Shown here: positions 18,691 through 27,835 of the stretch, in pieces
How positions within the stretch are numbered: position 1 is the stretch's first letter
Layout: every line of letters starts with the position of its first letter
Virus record (IMG/VR): IMGVR_UViG_3300037294_000266
Location: 1-64,000 of that record
Strand: one strand, 5' to 3'
Length of the DNA: 64,000 nt
Made by a program: the position numbers and the translations under genes
Notes under the pieces: generated by a model
What the model saw: only the letters and a program-made list of their open reading frames with translations
Database searches by the model: none
Told to the model about the DNA's origin: nothing

Positions 18691-21255
18691 ATGTCAATGA
18701 ACAATGCTGCGTTGGAACTGGCTCTACGGGCAGCGATGTCTCGCCTGACCCTCGCTGTAGCCAACCGCGACGCTCCAAACTCCCTGAAACTCGAGGGTCT
18801 GACCCTCGCCCAGGTAACTGCAACTATCCTGGCCGGTACCGCGTCTAACGCCACCCTCTTCGACGGCAAGACGTACGCTGAAGTCATCACTGCTGCCACC
18901 AGCGGCAACGCTGCTGACATCGACGCTCTGGAAGCTGCCTTCGCTACTTTCATCGCTCGTACCGACAACCCAAACAGCGTAACCAAAGCCCAGGTTGGCC
19001 TTGGCGCAGTTGAGAACTACGGCATTGCCTCCCAGGCTGATGCTGATGCGAAAGCTGCTGACAAGTACGTCACGCCTTCGATTGCCGACTACATGGTTCA
19101 GAAGGCCGTTGACGCTCTCGTTGGCGCGGCTCCTGAAACCCTGAACACCATCTCCGAAATCGCAGCCGCGTTGGGCGACGATCCGGACATCATCAACACC
19201 CTGCTGACTGCAATCGGTACCAAAGAAACTCCAGCCGGTGCCCAGGCAAAAGCTGATGCTGCTGTAACTGCTGCTGCTGCCGATGCCACCACCAAAGCTG
19301 ACGCTGCTCAAGCTGCTGCTATCGCTGCTGCTGCTCTGGACGCGACTTCTAAAGCTGACGCTGCCCAGGCTGCCGCCATTGCTTCTGGTGAATCGTACAC
19401 TGACACCGCTATCGCTGGTGTTGGCGCTTCGTTGGAACGTGCTACTCAGGCTGAAGCCGAAGGCGGTACTGACAACGTTAAACTGATGACTCCTCTGAGC
19501 TCTGCTCAGGCGATCGCAGCACTGGGCGCTACACTGTTCTTGGGTGTTGGTGCCACCGCAGTTGACTCGGCATTGCTCGAAGGCCAGACTCTGGCTCAGG
19601 TTATCGCCACTGCTCAAGCCGGCGTGGACATGTCCAACGTCGTGCAGAAGACTGACGATTTCGCTGCTTACAGCGTTGGCGAAGAAATCATCGGCGACCT
19701 CGTAACCAGCCTGCGTGCCGCAGACACTGCTAACGTTGATGCCATCACCGTTGTTTCCGATGCATTGGGTGCGTTCATCGCCTCCAAAGCAACTGAAGCC
19801 GAAGCCATTGCCGGTACCGATGATGTCAAGTACATCACAGCTCTGGCCCTTAAAGCCAAAGTTGACGCGGCTATCAACTCGGTGGTTGATGGTGCTCCAG
19901 AAGCCCTTGATACCCTGAAAGAACTGGCCATTGCTCTGGCTGATCAGGATAACGAAGTTGCGGCTATCGTTACCGTTCTCGACACCAAGCAAAACGCTGC
20001 GCAGGTTTCCGCTGCTATCGCCGCTGTTACCGATCTGCTGGCTGCTCGCGTTGATGCGTTGGAAGCTGAAGACGTTGTTGTTGACGGTCGTTTGGATGCG
20101 CTGGAAGCTGCTGTAGGTAGCGGTTCCAACTTCATGCAGACTGGCGTCACTGATCTGGGTACTAACCCAGTCGCGTTGGCATCCGACGTTCCAGAAGCTG
20201 CTCCGCGTTCGCTGAAAGCCATTGTTGATGCGCTGGAAGCTGCTGACGTTGTTGTCAACGATCGCATCACTGGTGAAGTTGCCGGCGTTAACTCGGCCAT
20301 CACTGCTGTTTCCGATGCTGCCGCTGCTGCTAACACACTGGTAGCTGATCGCGCCACTGCTCTGGAAGCTGCCGATGTTGTCTCTGACGGTCGTCTTGAC
20401 GTTCTGGAAACTGGCATCGCTACCAAGCTTGAGCAGAATGGCTCGTTGGACGCTGCTACCGTAAACCAGGACGTGGAAGGTACGCCTACCCAAGTTCTGA
20501 TCGGTACTGTATTGTCCGCTCTGGAAGCGCACATCACAGCCGTTGAAAATGGTGGTGCTGGTGACCTGGCTACGCTGCAGTCTGCTTTCAATGACTTCGT
20601 AGCTGCTAAAGCTACTGGCGCTGAAGTAATCGCCGGTACTGACGATGTTAAGTACACCACGTCGTTGGCCGTTAAAGCTGCCATCGTTGATGCAATCGAT
20701 GCTCTGGTTGGCGCTGCTCCGGCTGCGCTGGATACCATCAACGAGATCGCTGCTGCGCTGAACAACGATCCTAACGTCATCAACAACTTGATGACTGCGA
20801 TTGGTACTAAGCTCGATGCCACTGCTACCGCAGTTGACTCGGCTAAGCTGGGCGGCGTTGTTGCTGCTGACTACGCTACCAAAGTGTACGTCGACGATAC
20901 CGTTGAAGCTCTGACTGAAGGCTTCATTGCTTCGGCAGTAGATCTGGCCCCTAACTACAAGGGCGATCTGACCATCGCTAACTTGGGTTCTGGTTCGTAC
21001 GGTTTCAACGCCAGCGGTTCTATCGCTCCTGCTACCTACGGCTCAATCACTGTACAAGCTTTCCATTGGAACGCTTCGGTATTGACTGTTAAGGTTCTTG
21101 GCGACAAGACTGCTGCCGGTATTGACGCAGCCATCGTTAACTCGTTGGTTCTCAATGCCCCAGTGTCGGCTACCTTCGCTAGCGGCTCGACCACATTCGT
21201 GTTCACCGTTGACAAGGTTCTGCCTACCACTGGTGTAGTACCAGTAGCGTTCTAA
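18691..21255 (+). CDS. long tail fibre protein with internal repeats
   Basis: 854 aa, Ala-rich; repeats LVGAAP.xL.TI.EIAAAL..DP, ATxAE...GTD.VK (x3), DSALLEG/LKLEG. Confidence 0.85.
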   Translation: MSMNNAALELALRAAMSRLTLAVANRDAPNSLKLEGLTLAQVTATILAGTASNATLFDGKTYAEVITAATSGNAADIDALEAAFATFIARTDNPNSVTKAQVGLGAVENYGIASQADADAKAADKYVTPSIADYMVQKAVDALVGAAPETLNTISEIAAALGDDPDIINTLLTAIGTKETPAGAQAKADAAVTAAAADATTKADAAQAAAIAAAALDATSKADAAQAAAIASGESYTDTAIAGVGASLERATQAEAEGGTDNVKLMTPLSSAQAIAALGATLFLGVGATAVDSALLEGQTLAQVIATAQAGVDMSNVVQKTDDFAAYSVGEEIIGDLVTSLRAADTANVDAITVVSDALGAFIASKATEAEAIAGTDDVKYITALALKAKVDAAINSVVDGAPEALDTLKELAIALADQDNEVAAIVTVLDTKQNAAQVSAAIAAVTDLLAARVDALEAEDVVVDGRLDALEAAVGSGSNFMQTGVTDLGTNPVALASDVPEAAPRSLKAIVDALEAADVVVNDRITGEVAGVNSAITAVSDAAAAANTLVADRATALEAADVVSDGRLDVLETGIATKLEQNGSLDAATVNQDVEGTPTQVLIGTVLSALEAHITAVENGGAGDLATLQSAFNDFVAAKATGAEVIAGTDDVKYTTSLAVKAAIVDAIDALVGAAPAALDTINEIAAALNNDPNVINNLMTAIGTKLDATATAVDSAKLGGVVAADYATKVYVDDTVEALTEGFIASAVDLAPNYKGDLTIANLGSGSYGFNASGSIAPATYGSITVQAFHWNASVLTVKVLGDKTAAGIDAAIVNSLVLNAPVSATFASGSTTFVFTVDKVLPTTGVVPVAF

Positions 21256-21327
21256 GCCCTCACGTTGCGGCTATTCGTAAAGGGGTCTTCGTGACCCCCT
21301 TACACTTTAAATCAATTTGCTTCAAAG

Positions 21328-21918
21328 GTGAGAAAGATGAGTCAAGCTCTGTTGCTACAGGCGATGCAGAAACACGCCCTGGCTGTTAGAACGTTGTTGG
21401 CCACTGGTGTGGCAGGCGATGCAGCCAAATTGGAAGGCCTCACACTGGCGCAGATTCTTGCCAGTGCTGAGAACACCGCCAAACTGTACACCGATGCCGA
21501 AGTCCTCGACATGGTCGAAGGCAACGCTCTGATCGAAGCAGTCGATGCAGCTATTGCTGAATTGAGCGCTCCGATCGGTGGTGATTTCTACACGGCCATT
21601 ACCGAGCGTAGTGTTGCCCTGGGCGCTGGTGCTGCGATCAATGTATCGCAAGCCAACCATTACACCAAAACGGTAACTGGCAATACAACCTTCAGCGTGA
21701 CCAATGCCCCTGCGGCTGGCCGTGTTGGCGCGTTCGTACTGCACCTTACCAATGCTGGCGCTTCGGTTGTTCAGTGGTGGGCTAACGTTCGCTGGGCTGA
21801 AGGCCAGGCTCCAACCCTGTCGGCCGCTGGCCGTGACGTAATCGCCTTCTCCACCATGGATGGCGGCGCTACGTGGGACGGTTACCTGCTCGGCAAAGAC
21901 ATGAAGGCTGCTGCATAA
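21328..21918 (+). CDS. short tail fibre/adaptor with C-terminal beta domain
   Basis: N-terminal KLEGLTLAQI shared with long fibre; C-terminal VRWAEGQAPTLS..GRDVIAFSTMDGGATWDG fibre-tip-type domain. Confidence 0.7.
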   Translation: MRKMSQALLLQAMQKHALAVRTLLATGVAGDAAKLEGLTLAQILASAENTAKLYTDAEVLDMVEGNALIEAVDAAIAELSAPIGGDFYTAITERSVALGAGAAINVSQANHYTKTVTGNTTFSVTNAPAAGRVGAFVLHLTNAGASVVQWWANVRWAEGQAPTLSAAGRDVIAFSTMDGGATWDGYLLGKDMKAAA

Positions 21919-21982
21919 GCTCCTTCTTAACGTCATAGAGCACGGTGGCTAATGCCACCGTGCTCTTTATTTGGTATCTGAT

Positions 21983-22495
21983 ATGCGTAATCTTCTGCTG
22001 GCGGCTGCGGGCCGTAAGACTGGTGTTATTGACAAGACACCTTTCATTAATCAACTGTCGTCTACCGCTGGGCTGTCTCTTTTAGGAGGGGTTGAAGTTT
22101 ATGCTCCTGCCAATCAGTTCGATTCGCCAGGAGATGGCAAGCGTTATGATTTTTCCAGTTCATTGGCTGGTAAGAAAGTTAAACGCATCAAAGCCTCTTT
22201 CCGATACACCGCCAACACCAGCGCTCTCAGTGCATTTAACTTTGTTGTAGCTGAGTCTGGCAAGGCTCTCGTTTTGGCACTTGGTGTTTACGACGAATGG
22301 AACGCACAGACTGGATTCCGTTTAGTTGACGATTCCAATAACAGGACCTTGAGAACAAGTAATTGGAATGACTTCCTAGAGGTCACGTTTGACACGCCAG
22401 TTAAAATTGAAGATATTTACGTAAAAATCGGTGGTAGATCGGGGCTTACATACGCTCCAATTTACGTAAAAGACTTTGAAATAGAGTTCGTATAA
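21983..22495 (+). CDS. putative adhesin with MRNLLLAAAG N-terminus
   Basis: ATG at 21983; beta-rich; directly follows adaptor gene. Confidence 0.6.
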   Translation: MRNLLLAAAGRKTGVIDKTPFINQLSSTAGLSLLGGVEVYAPANQFDSPGDGKRYDFSSSLAGKKVKRIKASFRYTANTSALSAFNFVVAESGKALVLALGVYDEWNAQTGFRLVDDSNNRTLRTSNWNDFLEVTFDTPVKIEDIYVKIGGRSGLTYAPIYVKDFEIEFV

Positions 22496-22525
22496 CAGCA
22501 TTGTTATTTATCCGAGGAACGACCC

Positions 22526-22981
22526 ATGTTTATCAACACAGATACTAAAGAAGTACTTCGAGACGAAACAGCCCTGCGACTTGCACTGCGGCATATTTCA
22601 CTGCCACTAAATATCACGGACGATACCTTAACATCCGTGGGGTTTGCCCGTGTTCATGAAGGAATCGCACCTGAGCCAACCAATTACCAAATCGTTGAGC
22701 CTGATGGATTAGAGGAACGTGATGGTAAATGGTACCAGGTGTGGAAGGTGACTACCCGTAAGTTCAAAGAAACCTACGACAGCCATCCTCGCATCATCGA
22801 GATCAAGAATGAGCTGAAGGCGCTTGACGACCGTTCGATTCGACCATTGAGAGCACTCGTGATGCGTAAAGGAGGAGAACCCGACTACAATGTTCTTCTA
22901 GGTATCGAGAAAGAACGTGATGTGTTGATGGAAGAAATGGGTAACCTGATTGAATCCATTAAGATGGTTACGATTGAATGA
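22526..22981 (+). CDS. tail fibre assembly-like protein
   Basis: DGKWYQVWKV and LKALDDRSIRPLRA motifs typical of fibre chaperones. Confidence 0.6.
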   Translation: MFINTDTKEVLRDETALRLALRHISLPLNITDDTLTSVGFARVHEGIAPEPTNYQIVEPDGLEERDGKWYQVWKVTTRKFKETYDSHPRIIEIKNELKALDDRSIRPLRALVMRKGGEPDYNVLLGIEKERDVLMEEMGNLIESIKMVTIE

Positions 22982-23016
22982 CAGCATAGAGGCCGGGCTG
23001 ATGCCCGGCCTCTATT
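22982..23016. terminator. bidirectional terminator
   Basis: ATAGAGGCCGGGC/GCCCGGCCTCTAT between convergent genes. Confidence 0.8.
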
Positions 23017-23026
23017 ACGCTGCTAG

Positions 23027-23584
23027 CTAATCAAGACTGCCTAATGGGATCACGCGAATCTGTCCTTCGTCTGTGACACGAAGACGTCCTCCATCAGTGA
23101 AGCGACGGATGCCCTCTGACCAGAAGATCTCAATTCGCTTACGACCGATGTAGATGTACGACTCTTCTTTGGCAAATATATCGACATGAGTAAAATGAGC
23201 CAGTGATGCAAACGGATCATTGATATCAATGTCAAACTCGCCATCGACCAGATTGAAATTCCCGTCCAGGTAGGCGACAAGCGCCTCTTTGTCAGAGATA
23301 TTGAACGCGTCTTTCAGGTCTATCTTGAATGTAGGGTAGTGGGTGTCAATGTCAGCACGGGCGTAGAACATGTCTTTCTCGCCTTTGTACGGACTGCCTT
23401 CCTTAGCCTTGATCAAGATAATGGAGTTATCGCCGTGTTCATCTAGGTCCATGGACCTAGGGGTTTCAATATCAACCATGGTGCCGTTGATAGGAACTCG
23501 ATTGGTCCGATAGATCAAAGCAAAGAAATTCTCTAGCGCTGTCTTTTCAGGATCAAACTTGAAGTCGTCTGTTTTACAGGCCAT
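23027..23584 (-). CDS. virion structural protein
   Basis: LIYRTN...SPYKG...FYARAD...SYIYIG domain related to the 16801 N-terminus; C-terminal R.TD.G repeats. Confidence 0.6.
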   Translation of the reverse strand: MACKTDDFKFDPEKTALENFFALIYRTNRVPINGTMVDIETPRSMDLDEHGDNSIILIKAKEGSPYKGEKDMFYARADIDTHYPTFKIDLKDAFNISDKEALVAYLDGNFNLVDGEFDIDINDPFASLAHFTHVDIFAKEESYIYIGRKRIEIFWSEGIRRFTDGGRLRVTDEGQIRVIPLGSLD

Positions 23585-23596
23585 AGCATCCTCGCT

Positions 23597-24541
23597 TTAA
23601 TTAAGATATGTCATGTCGATTGTGACGATCTGATTACTTCTTGCAGCGTCGTCATACAAAGCCTGACCCGGATAAGAAACGCAACCACCGACAATATGTA
23701 ACTCATTTGTGGATTCGTCAATGTGACTCGTGTGGACATAACGACTGGTCTCAAACGTCACTTTGAATTGACGTGGTTTTGCAGAGAGATTCAACAGGTC
23801 GTATCTATCAATGGCACCAGTGCCGCTGATCACGTAAATAAAACGCCCGCGTGAAATTACAGATCCCCATACAGGAGATCGTGGAATAGAAAAGGTGCTC
23901 CACGTGTTAGTGGCAGTGTTGTAAATCTGCATAACCGGGTTTGCAACAGAACCCATAATGAACAGTTTATTATCGTACACTGCCGCAAAATGACCAATTG
24001 CTGTAAACGGCATGTCTGCCATCACATCCCACGTGTTAGTGGCAATGTTGTAAACATGACATTTCCGCGTAGCTGCTTCGTTAGACGCCCAACCGCCCAG
24101 GCGATAAATCTTTCCAGCATTATGTAGAATGATACTGGAGTGGCGATATGGTGTCGGTGCGTCGGCAAGGGGGGTGAGTGTACTCGGCGATGCAGCAATG
24201 GCCCGGCGACGGAAGGTGCCGTTGTAAGCCCCATTGTGACCATCTAGAAAATAAAGGTTGTCGTCAACCCCAATACCACTTGCCCACGTGTAAGTAGACG
24301 GCAATGCTGTTGATGATTTTTGTTTAGTACGTGTATTGAAATGAAGCGCTGTTGTCGGGTATCTGGCAGCGCCCACACCGCCGGAAAGACCACCCAGCAC
24401 TATCAGATCTCCTGTCAGCTTATTGTAACCACCAGCAAAGTTACTCCGACTCCCAGACATGGTATTGATTGATTTTATTGGGACTAATCGGATAGAATCT
24501 ATTTTGAATCTTTCTGCCGCTGCCAGATATAGGCCGTTCAT
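23597..24541 (-). CDS. Kelch-repeat beta-propeller protein (putative adhesin)
   Basis: GKIYRLGG, YNIATNTW, YNTATNTW repeats; start MNGLYLAAAE with GGAG RBS. Confidence 0.8.
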   Translation of the reverse strand: MNGLYLAAAERFKIDSIRLVPIKSINTMSGSRSNFAGGYNKLTGDLIVLGGLSGGVGAARYPTTALHFNTRTKQKSSTALPSTYTWASGIGVDDNLYFLDGHNGAYNGTFRRRAIAASPSTLTPLADAPTPYRHSSIILHNAGKIYRLGGWASNEAATRKCHVYNIATNTWDVMADMPFTAIGHFAAVYDNKLFIMGSVANPVMQIYNTATNTWSTFSIPRSPVWGSVISRGRFIYVISGTGAIDRYDLLNLSAKPRQFKVTFETSRYVHTSHIDESTNELHIVGGCVSYPGQALYDDAARSNQIVTIDMTYLN

Positions 24542-24558
24542 TATAATCTCCGATATAT

Positions 24559-25233
24559 TTAGTTTACAAGCTCTAGCAGAGGGCGCCAGCCCATGCGGGA
24601 AGATGCGTCTGAGAACGTGGTATAGCCGAGATAAGTAACTGTACCGGGAGCCCCGCCGTACCCACGACATACTGCATAATTAGGATTGGCACCATGGACT
24701 TCTTTACAGATTGTAAAACTACCTTGCGACGGAGTGGCTCCTACACCAAGATCGGCATCTGAATACTCTGCCCAGTTTAAGTTACCTCCCTCTGATGTAA
24801 AGCTATCTGCTGCTACGCCATTACAGATATGATACATCAAGCGGTTCCACTCAGATCCATGTGATGCAGGAGCATCTATGCCGACGTTGTTCTGACTTGG
24901 ATCGGAGAAAGATCCTGAGAGGAGCCTTACTTTATACGACTTCCCACCAATAACAACCTGACGAGATCCAGTAATTACACCGACTGCATTCAACTGATCA
25001 CGACTTATTGAATGACGATAAGAACGTTTAGCGATATATTTAATCTTGCCGTCCGTCACATCGAAAAACTTAAGCCATCCGGCAGTAGAGTTCTGACTAA
25101 TGCCTGCTGTAATGCCCATGGCGACCGCTAACGCGTTTCCATTGATAAACTGATCGGCAGCCACTTCACCAAAGAATGTTGTCTTTGTAGGAAGTCTGCC
25201 AATACTTGAAGTCGCCAGTATTAAATTTCTCAT
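24559..25233 (-). CDS. putative virion adhesin, WLKF...GWRPLLE domain
   Basis: Paralog of 4690..5313; start moved to MRNLILATSS. Confidence 0.65.
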   Translation of the reverse strand: MRNLILATSSIGRLPTKTTFFGEVAADQFINGNALAVAMGITAGISQNSTAGWLKFFDVTDGKIKYIAKRSYRHSISRDQLNAVGVITGSRQVVIGGKSYKVRLLSGSFSDPSQNNVGIDAPASHGSEWNRLMYHICNGVAADSFTSEGGNLNWAEYSDADLGVGATPSQGSFTICKEVHGANPNYAVCRGYGGAPGTVTYLGYTTFSDASSRMGWRPLLELVN

Positions 25234-25261
25234 GCGGCACCGTATTAATGATGAGTATGTT

Positions 25262-25627
25262 TCATAGTATTTCACCCCCTGTTACGATGAGATATCCATT
25301 GTCGTCTGCAATCTCCACCATGTGAGAAACAAATAAGTGTCGATGGCAAAACTTACCCGCTGTACAGTAACAAGCTGCAGCAATAGGACCTTCCCGTTGA
25401 AGGAATGATTCAAAGACCTCAGGAGAGGCTCTAAACTGCTCTCTAAGACGCTTTAAGTAAAGTTCCGTATATAGGTCGTCAGAAACCTCACCGCGCTTGT
25501 ATGCCCATAGTACAGAAGCTTCTGGTGCAAAGGGTTTAAACCCCGACTTAACAGTGATGTCGAACAATTCAATGTTTCTAGCCTTAGCCTTACGCCACTG
25601 AGGTATTGCGATTGTATAAAGTTCCAT
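25262..25627 (-). CDS. DUF488-like protein with CYC...CHR motif
   Basis: FAP...YTELYL...ACYCTAGKFCHRH. Confidence 0.55.
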   Translation of the reverse strand: MELYTIAIPQWRKAKARNIELFDITVKSGFKPFAPEASVLWAYKRGEVSDDLYTELYLKRLREQFRASPEVFESFLQREGPIAAACYCTAGKFCHRHLFVSHMVEIADDNGYLIVTGGEIL

Positions 25628-25664
25628 AAGTCACCTCTATACATTACCTGTGATAATTCTGGAA

Positions 25665-26120
25665 GACGGCATAGAAAGAAAGCTGAGTACATCCCCCAAC
25701 GTTTTAATCACTGCACGATCAAAACGTTGGAGGCTGCACTCTGTCAGACACGTTAGCGAGGAGTCGTCGCGTTTATGTCTGAAAGACTCTTTACCCACAA
25801 GGCCGGATGGGTCTAGAGTCTCTTTCTATGCGGCAGTACGGAGAACAAAGCTCAACGCACTATCGTTTACCATCGTGTGCCGCTGGGTAGCGAGGCAGCG
25901 GGCGATGGAACACACAACACTTGGCTATCACGACGAGTTTACCAAGCTGCAACGAATAAGTAGGGAGGAGCCATTGGCTCCTCCCTAGGTACGGCGATCC
26001 ATGGGGGATTGGAAGGCCGTTGCGTTTGAGGACAAGTCCTCAGTGCTTATACGCAATGAAGCGCATTGGGTGGACACTACTCGAGAGTAGATTCTTTTGT
26101 TAAAGAACACGTCCTACATA
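25665..26120 (-). ncRNA. candidate ~455-nt structured non-coding RNA (possibly two)
   Basis: No credible ORF; more than 10 nested stems; G-U pairs mostly favour minus strand; TATG at 5' end, TATGCCG at 3' end. Confidence 0.6.
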
Positions 26121-26140
26121 ACATAGGTGGCTTTTGGCTA

Positions 26141-27664
26141 TCAACCTTCAACCAATGCCATCAGTGCACGCGTATTGGCGCTGCCATCACGTACCGCTGC
26201 GTTTACCCATGTGTCGTAATGTCGAACCAACACATCAGCTGTGGCTGGCAAGAACATGTCGTTTTCCAGGACGAAGTCCTCACCCACACCGCCTGTCAAT
26301 GCAGCACTGCCTTTCTCACTGAGGAGGTTGAGGCTTGAACAGGTGTCGAGTAGACTTGTCACTGCATCACGACGTGCAACCGTGGTTTCAGGAGTCAGTT
26401 TCAGATCGTCAATAACGATGGCTTCTGACAGTGATTCAGTTGAAGCAGTGGAGTCTTCTTCCTCTTCTTCATCGTCGTCCTTGCCATCATCCTTACCGTC
26501 CTTTTCTTCTTCTTCATCGTCACTGCCTTCAGCAGCATCCGCTTCAGTATCGAGATCCACATCGTCAGTGGTGTCTGGAACAACATCGTCCACTGCGGCC
26601 ACATCAGCAGCATCAGGGATTTCATCCAGGCCATCTACGGCGGTGTCGTCTTCACCTTCAGCAGCCGCAACATCGTCTACCGCAGCTTCTTCAGCTTCGG
26701 CTTCGACATCTACCGAAGCATCGGTATCATCGTCAGCTTCTTCTGACCCAACCGCTTCCAATTCCAAGCCGGGTTCACCATCGTCAGCCGCTGCGCCAGT
26801 ATCGACGTCATCGCCAATGGCTTCTGAGTCATCGTCTTCGGTGCCAGTTATATCGGACGAATCGGTAGGCGCTGGAGAATCGTTCTCGACTGTAGCCGCT
26901 GAAACACCATCGGCCAACTGAGGACCTACAGGCAGTTCTTCGCGATGGGCGTCGAGGACGTCGCCCATCTTGTCTTCGCCACCGGCGCCGACACCTTCTG
27001 ATTCGGCACGAGCAGCGTCGGAGATGCCAACTGCTTCTTCATGCGCCTTGTTAACCAGAGTCTCAATGCGATCGACAGCATCAGCCATTTCGCCCAAGAC
27101 CTGAGTTTGACCGATACCTTCCATCGAGATACCGAGCGCTGCAACGCCTTCGCCAGCGCGTGCCATCAAACGCAGCACCATCGGACGAATGGTATCGACA
27201 GACATGTTTTCCATCGAAGCGATCATTACCTTTACATCACCGACATGTTCTTTAAACAGGTCGAGGACTTCGGCGCGGTGATGTACGCTTTCCATCGATG
27301 ACGTTGTTTCGGCGTCACGAGTGGTGAATGGAACTACTTCGTTGGCATCGACCTTGGCCTGGAGAGATTGTTCAATCTCTTCGATCCCGGTCAGGCGGGG
27401 TGTCAAGATGTCCTGCATGATCAGTTCGACGACTGCAGCAGGTTCAGTCACGCCTTCAACGGCAGTGAGGTCGGCCTGATGGTCGGCTGACTCAAGAACG
27501 CCTTCGGTGAGAATCTTGTAAGCCGACGCTGAAGAATCTTCCATTGAGGGCTGAAGAAGAATGGTGCGACCGAGTTCCAGCAACGATTCGAGACTGGTGC
27601 GGTAGCCTTGAGCCTCAGCAAGCATTTGCGAAGCAGTGATTGTTGCAGGTGCAATACGAGTCAT
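26141..27664 (-). CDS. acidic internal head protein with S-x-E processing sites
   Basis: TSLES, PSMED, SSMES, ASMEN, ISMEG, ASTES; long D/E-rich tract. Confidence 0.7.
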   Translation of the reverse strand: MTRIAPATITASQMLAEAQGYRTSLESLLELGRTILLQPSMEDSSASAYKILTEGVLESADHQADLTAVEGVTEPAAVVELIMQDILTPRLTGIEEIEQSLQAKVDANEVVPFTTRDAETTSSMESVHHRAEVLDLFKEHVGDVKVMIASMENMSVDTIRPMVLRLMARAGEGVAALGISMEGIGQTQVLGEMADAVDRIETLVNKAHEEAVGISDAARAESEGVGAGGEDKMGDVLDAHREELPVGPQLADGVSAATVENDSPAPTDSSDITGTEDDDSEAIGDDVDTGAAADDGEPGLELEAVGSEEADDDTDASVDVEAEAEEAAVDDVAAAEGEDDTAVDGLDEIPDAADVAAVDDVVPDTTDDVDLDTEADAAEGSDDEEEEKDGKDDGKDDDEEEEEDSTASTESLSEAIVIDDLKLTPETTVARRDAVTSLLDTCSSLNLLSEKGSAALTGGVGEDFVLENDMFLPATADVLVRHYDTWVNAAVRDGSANTRALMALVEG

Positions 27665-27835
27665 TTCTTAAACCCCTTATGGGACACATATCCGTTACAC
27701 GGAATATAAGATGTGCTTTAAATTCTGTCGAGGAGACAGCGTCTCACAATATAACCCCTTAGTATTTATAAAAAGAAGGATCGTTTAATTCGAGTCATCT
27801 TATGACTTTTACGTAAACCCTTAAGGAATTCTATC

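Noticed and set aside
18724-20822. 602-aa and 292-aa ORFs antisense to the long fibre
   Set aside because: Ser-rich shadows of GCT/GAC-rich codons.
25650-25988. 112-aa plus-strand ORF over the structured region
   Set aside because: No RBS, atypical composition, opposite to neighbours and to the wobble-inferred strand.
24559-26120. Possible diversity-generating retroelement (CLec-like GWRP C-termini next to a structured RNA)
   Set aside because: No reverse transcriptase and no template repeat matching either C-terminal region found in the window.
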